Assembly (NCBI GenBank): GCA_950097015.1
Contig: CATNEN010000039.1
Location: 11,532,001-11,596,000, forward strand
Direction of reading: 5' to 3'
Source of the DNA: Macrostomum hystrix
Taxonomy: Eukaryota > Animalia > Platyhelminthes
Length of the DNA stretch: 64,000 nt
Below, piece by piece: positions 41,801 to 53,010 of this stretch (position 1 is the stretch's first letter; each line of letters begins with the position of its first letter). A program made the translations under genes and the position numbers. The notes below the pieces were generated by a model, which saw only the letters and a list, made by a program, of their open reading frames with translations, was not told the origin of the DNA and did no database searches.

Positions 41801-44800
41801 CGTCAGCATCTCGTCTCCGTTGCTAAGCATGGCTCGAATTCTTTCAGTGGCCAGATGACGCAGGTGGCCGTTAATGCCCAGGCCAAGTAGGAATCCGCAC
41901 TGCTCACCGCTGAAGCTCTGGGATCGATGACAGAAAGAGGAATGATGATCAGATTGAGCTACACTTACTGACTTAAATCACAGTCTGAGTACTGAGTAGT
42001 AATGAGTAGTAAAATGTTTTGTCGAAAATCGAGCTACATTTTAAACGATTTTAATTTTAATACTTGACAAACATACAAACGGGGTTGTAGACTAGTGGTA
42101 TAGAGCGTCGGAATCACAGATTTTCAAAAAGAATTTACCTCAATGGGCAGTGGCAGCTGTCTGGCCTGAGAAATAGATCTCAGAGCGAACCAAATCCAGG
42201 ATTCATCCAATCCGACTAGACCCGGTGCGTAAGTCAGGCCGGCCGCTGCGCCATTGTGAAACTCGCCCCAGAGTCGCGATACGGCGCCAGCGTCCAGCGT
42301 GACGCTGCGCTGATTGTCGCACCTGCCGGTGGTGTTCAAAGGCGGCACGAATTCGCCTCCGCCGGCGCTCAAACACATGGCGGCAGACCAGCTGCGCTGG
42401 GTGCGAATGGCCAGGCCGAGGGCGCCCATGCCGATTGGCAGCATGAGGGTGCGATTGCACAGCTCTGCTAGCTGGGCCTGCGGGGAGACGAATGGACATT
42501 GCTGGGTAATTGATGGGGGACGAATGGACATTGCTGGGTAATTGATGGGGGACGAATGGACATTGCTGGGTAATTGATGGGGGACGAATGGACATTGCTG
42601 GGTAATTGCTGGGGGACGAATGGACATTGATGGGTAAGGAATTGGTATTACACGAAAGTACAGTTGATGGGTAAGAAAGTACATAGATGTGGGACGAATG
42701 TACATTAATAGATAAGTGATTAGTGGGGACAAATGTACATTAATAGATAAGTGATTAGTGGGGACAAATGTACATTAATAGATAAGTGATTAGTGGGGAC
42801 AAATGTACATTAATAGGTAAGAGATTAGTGGGGACGAATGTACATTGATGTGGGACGAATGTACATTGATGTGTAAGAGATTTATGGGGGACGAATGTAC
42901 ACTTGTGGGTAAAATATAATGAGGGATAAGGATAGCGCAAGTTACTAGACCTGATTTTCCTCCAACAACTGGTGCGCCGCTGCAGCCGCGGCCGCCTTAG
43001 ACACGAAGTAGGCCCGATCAACTGTCTGCAGCATGCGGTAGGCCTCGCGCACTCGCAGATCGTCAGGAAATAGGCGTTCAACAACCGGATGGCGTTCTAG
43101 TAGCTGAAGCACTGCGTACTTTGCCTGCCAGCCTTGGGAAACTGACTCGGCGGAAGCGGCAGCATCCTGTGACAGACATGACATTGGCATTGTTTGAACA
43201 TAGACAGCTAACAAAGAATAGGGGAATCTATGGAAGTAGAGTGGGAAAATAGCGGAATAGGTTGGGAGACGGGTACAATGGCAGTGTAAGGTAGGAAAGG
43301 GGTAGAATGGCAGGTAGGGAAGTAGGGAAAGAGAGAGGTAGAATCGCAGGGTAGGGAAATAGAGAGGTAGAATGGCAGGGTTAGCGATGGAGAAGAGTAG
43401 AATGGCGGGTAGGGAAAGAGTGGGGTAGAATGGCAGGGTTAGGGATGGAGAGGGGTAGGTAGAATGGCAGGGTTTGGAATGGAGAGGGATAGAATGGCAG
43501 GGTTAGGAATGGAGAGGGGTAGAATGGCAGGGTTAGGAATGGAGAGGGGTAGAATGACAGGGTTAGGAATGGAGAGGGGTAGAATGGCAGGGTTAGGAAT
43601 GGAGAGGGGTAGAATGGCAGGGTAGGGAAAGAGAGGGGTAGAATGGCAAGGTCAGGGATGGAGAGGGATAGGTAGAATGGCAGGGTTTGGAATGGAGAGG
43701 GGCAGAATGGCAGGGTAGGGAAAGAGAGGGGTAGAATGGCAGGGTAGGGAAAGAGAGGGGTAGAATGGCAGGGTAGGGAAAGAGAGGGGTAGAATGGCAG
43801 GGTAGGAAAAGAGAGGGGTAGAATGGCAGGGAGAGACTCAAATATCGACAGGGAAGAGGGTATAGATGCACTTGTGAGGAGAATTAGGAGCATAATGTCA
43901 AAATCATTCGCACCTGAAGCGCTGCCGAAGAACCCGCCGTGGAGCCGACTGATCCAGCAGTGGCAGCGCCAGCAGCGGCGGCAGAGGCAGCAGCGGCGCC
44001 AACAACGCCGGAGCCGGCACCGCCAGCGGGGTAGGCGACGTCGATTCCACCGAGAGCAACGCCGCGTTGTCTTAGATGAAACTCGCGCTCGCCAACCACA
44101 TCCCAGGTGTCGGAGGGGACGGCAGCTGTTGCGGCCAGTTTAATCCTGGCTAGCTGTTCAGCTAAATCAACTCGGCCCAACAGTTCGCAAGTAGCCGGAT
44201 CTGAAGCTAGCGAAGCAGGGGGGCAGCCCTGCCTGCAGCGGTCCAGAGCCTCCAGCAGTGGCAGGGCAATGCCATACGGCAGTCGGGCCAAAGCGTCGGA
44301 TTTAAAACCGCGCGATCTCAGCAGTTCAACTAGGCGAACAAAACGGCCCTTTTTAGAGTCTGTCTGGTCGACATTGACGAGCAGTTCGTCCAGGCAATCA
44401 AGCATCAGGTGACAGTCGTCTGTGACGCCATCAACTCTAGGAAAAGTTCTTTGATATTTGTGTCGACTTTGCAGATCGCCAACTAGGCGGAGTCTGTCCA
44501 ACATTTCAGCGAATATTGACGGAGGCCGATGATTACTGGACAGCGAGGCTAGCAGGCCAGCGACTTTGCGGTCCTCGGCTGCTTCCTGGGCGAAGCCGGC
44601 CGTCAAATTGGTCGCGTCAGGCGCCGGAGATATGTGTGCAGACACCGATGCGGCCTCTGGATAATCGCTAGCGTAGTGACGAATGTATCTAACAATCATT
44701 GGAATACGGCCATCTTAGAGTACGGGCGATTGCTGATAAAAACAATGTTAGTCAATAATTCTGTTAATAATAATAATAATAATTGCAGAAGAGCTGCGGG

Positions 44801-47800
44801 CAATGCCACATCATTTGGTGACACTAGACCCGCAGCCAGCGAGGAGGCAATTCTGCCCATTTCGCTGACTCCTGAGCACACACGCGAACGTGCTGTACTG
44901 CAAGCAGACACACGCTCACACAGGTGTGTACATCTGCCCTGACTTTCTCATCGTCAGGCAGTGTACACTTCACTGTGCCTTGGAGGTTGGCCCTCAAGGG
45001 CATAAATTGCACGACAAGCCCCCAAGCCTTCTCTCCGCGGCTGCGCCCCAAATAAATGTGGCCTCGCCGTGGAATCGAACTTAGGGACCTTGGTGCGCGA
45101 GGCGAACGCGTTAACCGCTCTGCCACTCACCCCCTACTTCCGTTACTTCTCAAGTAAAAATTAACTAATAGGAAAACTAGCGGAAAAAAACGTTCAAAAA
45201 TTAAAGTATTTTTTCGAAAAGAAACTATAAACTACCAAAATTATTAGGGTTAATTAGCAAAGCAGATTAAAAAAACGAAAAATGTTGAGGATGAGTGTCA
45301 GCTGATAACGCGTTTGTCTCTAGCACCAAGGTCTCTAGCTTGGCGGCTTGTCATGCAGTTGATCCTATTGAGGGCCAACCTCAAACGTACAGTGAGAGTG
45401 TACATTCATTTGGGGCGCAGCCGCCGAGAGAAGGCTTGCGGGCTGGACTCGTCGTGCAATTCACGCCCTTGAGGGCCAACCTCCAAGGCACAGTGAGAGT
45501 GTACACTGCCTGACGATGAGAAAGTCAGGGCAGATGTACACACCTGTGTGAGCGTGTGCTCAGGAATCAGCGGAATGGACAGAACTGCCTCCTGGCTGCT
45601 AGGGTCTACTGTCAGCATGCGAGTGTTATTACCATAGAATTCTTACCTGTCCAAGCCCAGTCTGGCAGCCAGGGCGCACAGCAGTTTAGCCAGAGGCGGC
45701 AAACTAGGCCAAGCCGAAGCGGACAATTTCTCAGCCTCGTAGACCAGGTGAAGCGCCAGCAGAACCCTAATTGAATGCCTTCGCAGGTAGGCAGCCGCTG
45801 AGGCCGGCCTAGACCTGCTGGATCGCGCAGCAGTCGATGACGAAGATGACGATGACGTTGCGGGGTCGCAGCTGCAACCGGCCAGCTGCAGTACGTCGTC
45901 AATGGCGTCGCTACAACGATCGTCCGACATCAGCAAGCGCTGCCAATCGGCATCGCCGGAGCCCTGGCGCGGTCGTTTAGCCGCATCGTCATCTTCGTTG
46001 ACACCCACGACGAAGCTAGCAAAATCTAGATCCAGAGCTTCGCAGAGAACATCGGCAAATCTTTGCCATTCGGTTGTGACGCCGCCGTCGCTAGCCCCGG
46101 GCGAATAACTGGCTGAATACCAGCGCCTCAACAGGCCCAGATAGGCATCGGCTGGCAGTAGGCGTTGAAACGAATCCAGACAACGGCCGACTAGTTCGCC
46201 TACGCGCATTGGCGGCAGGCAGACTCGGCGCATTGTGCCGTCGGATAATTGCAGGTTGAATGAGCTTAGCGAGGCGTCTCTTAGGCCGCGACTAGAACTG
46301 GCGTTGCCTAAGTTACTACTAGCCGATGCAGTAGTATGACTAGTTGCGTTATTGAACAGGCGCGCCTGATGACTAGACGGTCGAGGTACTCGCATAGGCC
46401 CGCCAGCCGCGGAGAGCTGCGACAGAGCCGACGTCGGCGGTGGCGACGGCGGCGGCGGAGGCGGCGGCGGCAGATCGAACTCAGGCAGGGCGAGACGGCA
46501 CATTCGATGCGGCCCTGAGCAGAGTGTGAGCTCGCGACCATTGGACGGCTCCAAAATGACAATTAGACTCTGGTTTGGAATCCAGATGGCATCTAATGCT
46601 GGCAGAGATGACTGCGGAATGATTCATGGAATGGAAGAGCAATGATTACGGTTGGGATTTCATCTGATTTCGGTTGGGATTTTAACTGATTTCGGTTGGG
46701 ATTTCAACTGATTTCGGTTGGGATTTCATCTGATTTCGGTTGGGATTTTAACTTATTTCGGTTGGGATTTCAACTGATTTCGGTTGGGATTTTAACTGAT
46801 TTCGGTTGGGATTTTAACTGATTTCGGTTGGGATTTCATCTGATTTCGGTTGGGATTTTAACTGATTTCGGTTGGGATTTCAACTGATTTCGGTTGGGAT
46901 TTCAACTGATTTCGGTTGGGATTTCAACTGATTTCGGTTGGGATTTTAACTGATTTCGGTTGGGATTTCAACTGATTTCGGTTGGGATTTCAACTGATTT
47001 CGGTTGGGATTTTAACTGATTTCGGTTGGGATTTCAACTGATTTCGGTTGGGATTTCAACTGATTTCGGTAGGGATTTCAACTGATTTCGGTTGGGATTT
47101 TAACTGATTTGAGTGGGTATTTCAACCGATTTCAGCGAGGATTTATACTTACTTTAACTTGATTTGGTTAAAAATACTTTCATTTCAGATTATTTCATTG
47201 TCAGGGGATTAACCTCTTCCATACCGAGACTTTTTACTGCACTCCGTGAAAATCCGTATGGTCAGCATGGCTGACCATAGACTATTTCATCCTTGGCGTG
47301 TGGTCTTGCTTCACTCCATTAAAATCCGAAGCGAATTCTATGCAGTTCTTGCGCATCGATTTTTTATTCCTTAGACGAATGGGTGGGTGGCTGTAACGCA
47401 AAGCGTCTATGTCCTAAACCTTCCAGCCCTATATATGTACAGTAAGCAGTTTTCCTTCACTGCACTCTTTCTCTGCCCCCTCCAAGCTCACTGTGCTTGT
47501 GTGAAAAACTGTCTACTTGAGTGGCATGGACCAACTTATTACCAGCGACGAATCGTTTAGCGACTCAAGCAGTTCAGCATCGAGCCAAGAGTTAGCCATC
47601 GAGAGTAACAGTGAGGAGGACAACGATAAGGCTGATGAGAATGGACCTGCTTGGAGGATCGTAAACGATGAAGCTGACGAACGATCTGGAGTACTGCCTG
47701 AGTTTCTCGGGTCATCTGGCGTTACGAATGGCGTGACAGATCCCTGCAGTGCGCTGAACTATTTTGAAAAGTTCATTACGGAGGACATGATTAATCAGCT

Positions 47801-50279
47801 AAAGGAGAACACCAATGGTCGGGCTTGGGAGGAACTGCGACGCTTCGAAGAGCGCAGAGAAACTGATAACCAGCCATTGCCGCCTGGTCTGGCGGATTGG
47901 AAAGACTGCTCAGCAGCTGAAATAAAAAAGACACTTTGCCATCATTTTCTATATGGGAATTGTGCGAAAGCCTGAAATCCAGAGCTACTGGGCTACCAGC
48001 AGATTCCACGACAGCCAGTTGTTCCAAAGCGAAAGCTGCCTGTCACGGAACCGATTTCAGCAGATTCTTTCATATCTGAGGTTCTATGATTGCCGCGATG
48101 CCGACGCTACAGATCCACTGCACAAAATCCGGCCATTTCTTAACAGCTTTCGGCAAGCATGTCAGAGCAACTTTATGCCGGACAGGGATATCGCAGTTGA
48201 TGATGAACTAGTTCATCACAAAGGCAGACTGGCATTTAAGCAGTATATCCCGACCAAGCGTGCTAGGTATGGTATAAAGACCTACTGCCTGTGCGACTCG
48301 AAAACCGGCTACCTGTGGAATGTCCTAGTCCACTCAACATCTGAAGAAAACAACAAATTCGGCTCAGAGTTCAGTGGCCACAGTCTGTCCATTAGCGAGC
48401 GCATCGTCGCTGAGCTTTCCAAAGACCTGTTCTATCTTGTTCATCGAATATTCGTTGACAGCTTTTTTTGTTCTTATCGCTTAGCAATGTTCCTCCTTGA
48501 GCACAACACTCTGCTGACTGGAACCATTCGCTGCAACCGAGGCATCCCGCCGGAGCTCTTCCAACTGCCAACACCGGCTCCATCACATCGCTACATGCGT
48601 AGCGGCGATGTCCTGGCTGTCAAAGTATCGGACCGGAAGGCAAGCGGGGTTAAAACTCTGTACCTCATCGATACGTTCGGAACAGCAAAGAGCATTGAGC
48701 GTCAACGAGTTCGAAAAGGAGGCCAGGTAGAAGTGATCCGCAAGCCAGAGACAGTGATTGATTACTCAAAGTCAATGGGCGGTGTCGACAGACTGGACTC
48801 TGCACTTCAGCCATACCATCCGACCAGGAAGATGTACCGCTGGCACCAGAAGCTCGGTATTCATTTCCTGCTGCAGCTGGCGCACAATTCGTGGATCATT
48901 TACCACCTGTCAGGCGGCACACGCAAGTTTTTGCAGTTTGTGGAGCAGCTGGTTGTTGTCCTCATCGACAGCACTGGGCCAGGCAAGAAGCGGTGCTTTC
49001 GCCCTGCGCATGCAGCTGCTGGGCCTGCTGGCTCGCATCTTCCCTTCAAGCTGGCTGCTACGCCTGGAAACCAGCGTCCCGCTCGTCGCTGTAGAGTTTG
49101 CTATCAAAACGGCAGAAGCAAGCGCACTGTCTTCAGCTGCCATGAGTGCCCCGGTCAGCCTGGCCTCTGTGTCCCCGAATGCTTTCGTCAATGGCACAGC
49201 TGAGCTTCGATCTGGGTGACTCGACCATGGTGATGAACTGCTGATTGAATTCCCTGTTTAAAAAAACATCTAGGGATCTGTTTTTATAATGGGAGGGTAA
49301 ACAAAAAATTGTTAAAGGCAACAATATTTCACAGTTTGAAGTACATACATGCCAACTATACTTGCTCGTGCATCTTTAATCTTTATGTTTTGTGTTAAAT
49401 CCCCTTTTACTAAATCTCTACTCTTGTATATTCACACAAGAGTTTAAACTAAAAATGAATTATGACTGCTTCGATAGGAAATTTTTGATGCCGGTCATTT
49501 ATATCACTTCCATCTATCTGTAAGTTTAATTACTGTACTGTTCCTGTTCAATTATATTTTTATTCTCCGCGACTTTTCAGCCCATGTTTTGTGATGAATT
49601 CGTAGCTTGTTTCTTAAGCAGACTCGCGTCAACCTAGCAAAAATTATTGTCTACTCGCAGATCGGATAATTCTTTCTGAATGATTTCAAGGTCTCTAGTC
49701 TGTTCCACGTCGTTCCATTCACAGTTTTCTTTATTTTGCAAGTAAATTAACCCAATCCGTATTTTACTGCCACTCTTCGTACGACTTTTTCGCTGGAGGA
49801 TTTACGCCCATAGTCACTGTTCCGCATTACTTTGATTTTGTTACATCTACCGATGCAAGATATGATAGGTATCGCAAACAGAACAAATCAGGAATGACGT
49901 TTTAGCTTTTGAAAACTATGGTCAGCCTGGCTGACCATGCGGATTTTCACTGAGTGCTGCTTGTGCACGGGGCAGATAAGCCGCAAGTGCCATAGACTGT
50001 CGGCTGCCCAGAAAATGTATATGGTCAGCCTGGCTGACCAGCGGATTTGAATGGGTTAATCGCATTAGAAGCCTCCCGGCTTGAATAATTGAACTTTGCA
50101 GGAATCGAACCACTGACCTGATCTCCAGCACCGCCACCTACTGACCAGCCAGCGGCGCCGGTCATTGTGCCGAGGAGACGGAGAAAGCGCAACTCGCGCT
50201 GTCTGGGCAACAGATAGCAGGCGTAGCGATAATTTCCGGTGGCATCGTCCGCTATGAATGTTCGGCCTAGAATTGGCGA

Positions 50280-50321
<42 letters not shown>

Positions 50322-52302
50322 AGGTAGCAGATCAAGGCCAGCTGAAGTCCACAGTAGTTCCAGCACCAGTCTAGGCTGCAATGGGCTACACTCCTGCGCC
50401 TGATCCAATTGTCCCGGCTGAGTATTAGCAAGCAGCGACGTTAAAGATTGATTCTGTTGCGCCTGCTGCTGCTGCAGCTGCTGCAACTGTTGCTGAAGAA
50501 TTTGCTGCTGCTGCTGCTGCTGGGCCTGTTGAGTGTGCAGTTGAACACGCAGCGGCGTTGTTAGCATGCCGCCAACAATACGACTGGGAGTTGAAGTGAA
50601 CAATGGCGAAGTTGTGTGCTGCTGCTGCTGCTGCTGCTGCTGTTGAGTTGTGCCATAGGCTCGGTTAAGAGCACCAGGAGACAGAGACAGGCGCTGAGAA
50701 TCCGGCAGAAGATGCTTCGGTATAGCCGACAATGGCTGCTGCGGCTGCTGCTGAATAGATGACAGAAGTCTAGCACTGGGCGTGTCAAATAGGCCGGTGC
50801 AAGCTGCCGTAGCAACCGCTGGAACAGTCGCTGTTGCCGCCGCGGCCAGTGTGCTCATCATCAGGTATTGAGCTCTCACTTGCCTGATTAAATAATAAAT
50901 GTACTTTTAGATAACTAAACACAGGAAGTGAAATATAAAAACCCAAAATTTTGTAACTAGGCGAGAAGGCGATCATTAGTTTAAGTAACTAACTTCAGTA
51001 ACTAAGGGATTAGGAAACCAGTAGCTCAACTTCCGTAACTAAGGGATTATGCAATCAGTAGCCCAACTTCCGTAACTAAGGGATTAGGAAATCAGTAGAT
51101 CAACTTCAGTAACTAAGGGATTAGGAAACCAGTAGATCAACTTCAGTAACTAGGGGATTAGGCAATCAGTAGATCAACTTCAGTAACTAAGGGATTAGGG
51201 AATCAGTAGATCAACTTCAGTAACTAAGGGATTAGGCAATCAGTAGATCAACTTCAGTAACTAAGGGATTATGGAATCAGTAGATCAAATTCAGAAACTA
51301 AAGGGATTAGTAGCTCCACTAGGATAAGGGCTAGTGATGCCACTGGTACTAGCAAGTGACTCACCTATGCCAAGAGGTAAGCTCAGCATCAGTAATGCAT
51401 CTCAGTTTGTATAGACAGAGTACATTCTGCTGCTGAAGAGCAAACACTGCGTCGGTCCTTTGGCACACGTGAATAATCGTGCCGCAACTGGCCGTGAAGT
51501 AGTTAGTGGCGCAATAGCCAGGATTAGGCCCTAGAATAATAGTCTGCTGCTGCTGCTGCATTCGCAGAACAGGTGTTACATCGTCCAACGGATGTGATAA
51601 AGAGAACAGAGCCGGAAGGGCTGGATCTTCAGTGTGGGCGGTGGCAGCCGAGCCGACCTGTCGCTCTAATAGCAGGCCTTCAGCGTGTACAAACACACGT
51701 TGGCATGGAAACGGTATCCGAGTCTTGTGCTCGGCGCCGTTGCTAGACAAGAATGTGACGCAATCGCTTTCTAGCATAGCGACACCCTTCAACTGAGGAT
51801 TAGCGGGGCCTGTCGACGCTCTGATTGGCTGCGCAGCCGTCTGCTTGCCATAGAATGTATAACTAGCCAAATCGAATGCGGCAAATGGTTCCGTGCGCAA
51901 TGGGAAACTAACAAAATCAGCGGCTAACACTGGCGACAGAGCGGTGAAGCACTGAACAGGCTGGCCGTGACGACTCCACACTGTGACGCAATCGGTCCAG
52001 TAAAGCTCGTCGTTGCCTGAGATGCGCCAGTTGTCACTCTGGAATTGCTGCTGCTGCTGCTGCTGCTGCTGAATCAGCTGTTGTTGCTGGGCCTGTCTAA
52101 AATGAAGATTTTGATGCTGATCGGATTCATTAAGATCGATACTTCGAAGAGCAAACAACAATGGATTCTGCTGCTGCTGCTGCTGCTGCTGCTGATTGAA
52201 ATCGCTTAGCTCGGCAAGAGCCTCGGGTCGCTGAGAATGTCCGCATTGTGCAAAGCGTCTGCCAGCTGGTACAAAGAATTCCACTCTACTCGGTGTTATC
52301 AT
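35807..52302 (-). CDS. ANAPC1: Anaphase-promoting complex subunit 1 (APC1), about 2190 aa; exons 52302-51365, 50883-50118, 46611-45647, 44688-43914, 43166-42951, 42477-42139, 41917-41630, 41025-40387, 39243-38800, 38049-37756, 37268-36714, 36166-35807
   Basis: N-terminal MI....EFFVPAGR, LFSLSHPLDDVTP, LHLVYEAEKL, LPYGIALPLLEAL..CR, FPDDLRVREAYRML, WGEFHNGAAAGL, LGLAASKRASMD, NVEVTAPGAIAALALMY, DFVRPDLL.LR.LARGLVLW, RFAGTHN, DNSHHLQALRHLYALA; junction phases are consistent. Start could be further upstream (ORF open to 52512); the last acceptor is the least certain. Confidence 0.92.
36285..36662. repeat. 33-bp minisatellite (CAGGTTTCCCATACTTCTTAATCCCGCAACAAA), ANAPC1 intron 11
   Basis: Tandem units visible. 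Confidence 0.92.
37350..37680. repeat. 21-bp minisatellite (ACTACAATTATCCCATACTAA), ANAPC1 intron 10
   Basis: Tandem units visible. Confidence 0.9.
38330..38780. repeat. C-rich compound repeat (AATCCCATACCCCACA...), ANAPC1 intron 9
   Basis: Degenerate units with a longer duplicated block at about 38530-38680. Confidence 0.8.
39330..40320. repeat. 24-bp minisatellite (TGGGGGACATTGGTTGCCTGTTTG), ANAPC1 intron 8
   Basis: Tandem units; stop-free in several frames, which explains the many overlapping ORFs. Confidence 0.96.
41125..41582. repeat. 27/29-bp minisatellite (GATTGGGATAGACTATGGGATTCTAGAGA), ANAPC1 intron 7
   Basis: Tandem units visible. Confidence 0.93.
42482..42905. repeat. 32-bp minisatellite (GGGGGACGAATGGACATTGCTGGGTAATTGAT and variants), ANAPC1 intron 5
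   Basis: Tandem units that abut the splice acceptor. Confidence 0.9.
43270..43832. repeat. 29-30-bp purine-rich minisatellite (GGGTAGAATGGCAGGGTAGGGAAAGAGAG), ANAPC1 intron 4
   Basis: Tandem units visible. Confidence 0.93.
44767..45134 (-). mobile_element. Full-length tRNA-derived SINE (about 350 bp plus ATT tail)
   Basis: On the minus strand: A box TGGCAGAGCGG, B box GTTCGATTCC, hairpin-rich body, (ATT)n tail at 44767-44783; homologous copies at 16.0, 45.4 and 52.7 kb. Confidence 0.88.
45340..45613 (+). mobile_element. 5'-truncated copy of the same SINE (about 45407-45613) preceded by a partial duplicate (45340-45405)
   Basis: TTTGGGGCGCAGCCGC.GAGAGAAGGCTTG...GTACACTGCCTGACGATGAGAAAGTCAGGGCAGATGTACAC; inverted relative to the 44767-45134 copy. 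Confidence 0.85.
46648..47145. repeat. 22-bp minisatellite (GATTTCGGTTGGGATTTCAACT), ANAPC1 intron 2
   Basis: Tandem units visible. Confidence 0.95.
47213..50055 (+). mobile_element. piggyBac DNA transposon (about 2.84 kb) in ANAPC1 intron 2, antisense to the host
   Basis: TTAA TSD at 47209-47212 and 50056-50059; CC...GGG termini with an imperfect 14-bp TIR; 42-bp subterminal inverted repeat (47239-47280 vs 49917-49958) containing the palindrome ATGGTCAGC.NN.GCTGACCAT. Confidence 0.92.
47526..49203 (+). pseudogene. piggyBac (PGBD4-like) transposase with one frameshift near 47920-47940
   Basis: Acidic N-terminus and YFEKFITEDM in one frame (47526-47975); IIFYMGIVRKP, SRNRFQQI, PLHKIRP, DDD-triad motifs VDDEL/FVDSFF/MGGVDRLD and a C-terminal Cys-rich RRCRVC..CHEC..LC..CF..WH domain in another (47953-49203); the break lies at or next to the A-run AAATAAAAAAG. 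Confidence 0.88.
50985..51312. repeat. 37-bp minisatellite (CAGTAGATCAACTTCAGTAACTAAGGGATTAGGCAAT), ANAPC1 intron 1
   Basis: Tandem units visible. Confidence 0.92.
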
Positions 52303-52690
52303 GTCGTGTTCGCAATCCTCGTTAAATTTTCCGCAACCAATAAAGTGTTGCTTATTATTCAATAATGATTTGCTAGACGCTAAGGGGCGTGCTGAACCTT
52401 GCTGCTGCTGCTGCTGTTGTTTAGCCTTATCGCACTCTTTGGAAGATGCCCTGGTGTTGCTGCTGCTCTGGCGACAAAATAAATGATTGGGGCTGCACAA
52501 ACCGGACTTCATTCAGCGTATATCAATATAATTTTCTTTTCGATGTACAATCTAAGCTGGCGGGTATGCTACAGATTTCTGTTGCGGTATCATGGAGCTG
52601 AAATTGGCAAATAAAAATAAAGCTGGGATAATCTCACCCGTTAAGAAATCGATATCATGTGGTCATTTGGTGCGCACTTTCTATGAATCA

Positions 52691-53010
52691 GGGAGTGAGT
52701 GGCAGAGCGGTCTAACGCGTTTACCGAGTTCTCGCACCAAGGTCCCTGAGCTCGATTCCGCGGCGAGGCCGTTCGGGGCGCAGCCGCGGAGAGAAGGCTT
52801 TGAGGCTTGTCGTGCAATCTACGGCACAGTGAGAGTGTACACTGCCTGACAATGAGAAAGTCAGGGCAGATGTACACACCTGTATGAGCGAGTGCCTGCT
52901 TACAGTATCTGTGTGCGTGTGTGCTCAGGAGTCAGCGAAATGGGCAGAATTGCCTCCTCGCTAGTTGCGGGTCTGGTGTCACCAAATGATGTGCCACTGC
53001 CCACAGGCCA
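52691..53010 (+). mobile_element. Near full-length copy of the tRNA-derived SINE upstream of ANAPC1
   Basis: GGGAGTGAGTGGCAGAGCGG head, CTCGATTCC B-box variant, same body; internal deletion and no ATT tail. Confidence 0.88.

Noticed and set aside
45060-45134. tRNA gene (also 52691-52765)
   Set aside because: A and B boxes are present, but the acceptor and anticodon stems do not pair properly and the sequence continues into a repeated SINE body.
45500-45545. CTGACGA...GAAA in the SINE as a hammerhead ribozyme core
   Set aside because: Only 3 nt separate CUGACGA from GAAA (no stem II), and CUGAC pairs with the downstream GUCAG in a simple hairpin.
50025-50117. ANAPC1 exon-2 ORF reading into the piggyBac end (possible fusion)
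   Set aside because: A good donor CAG/GTCAGT at 50118/50117 joins in phase to exon 3, and the transposase is antisense.
25590-51312. Consistent G-rich strand bias (G-quadruplex or R-loop role) of intronic arrays relative to transcription
   Set aside because: G-rich strands fall on both template and coding strands within the same genes.
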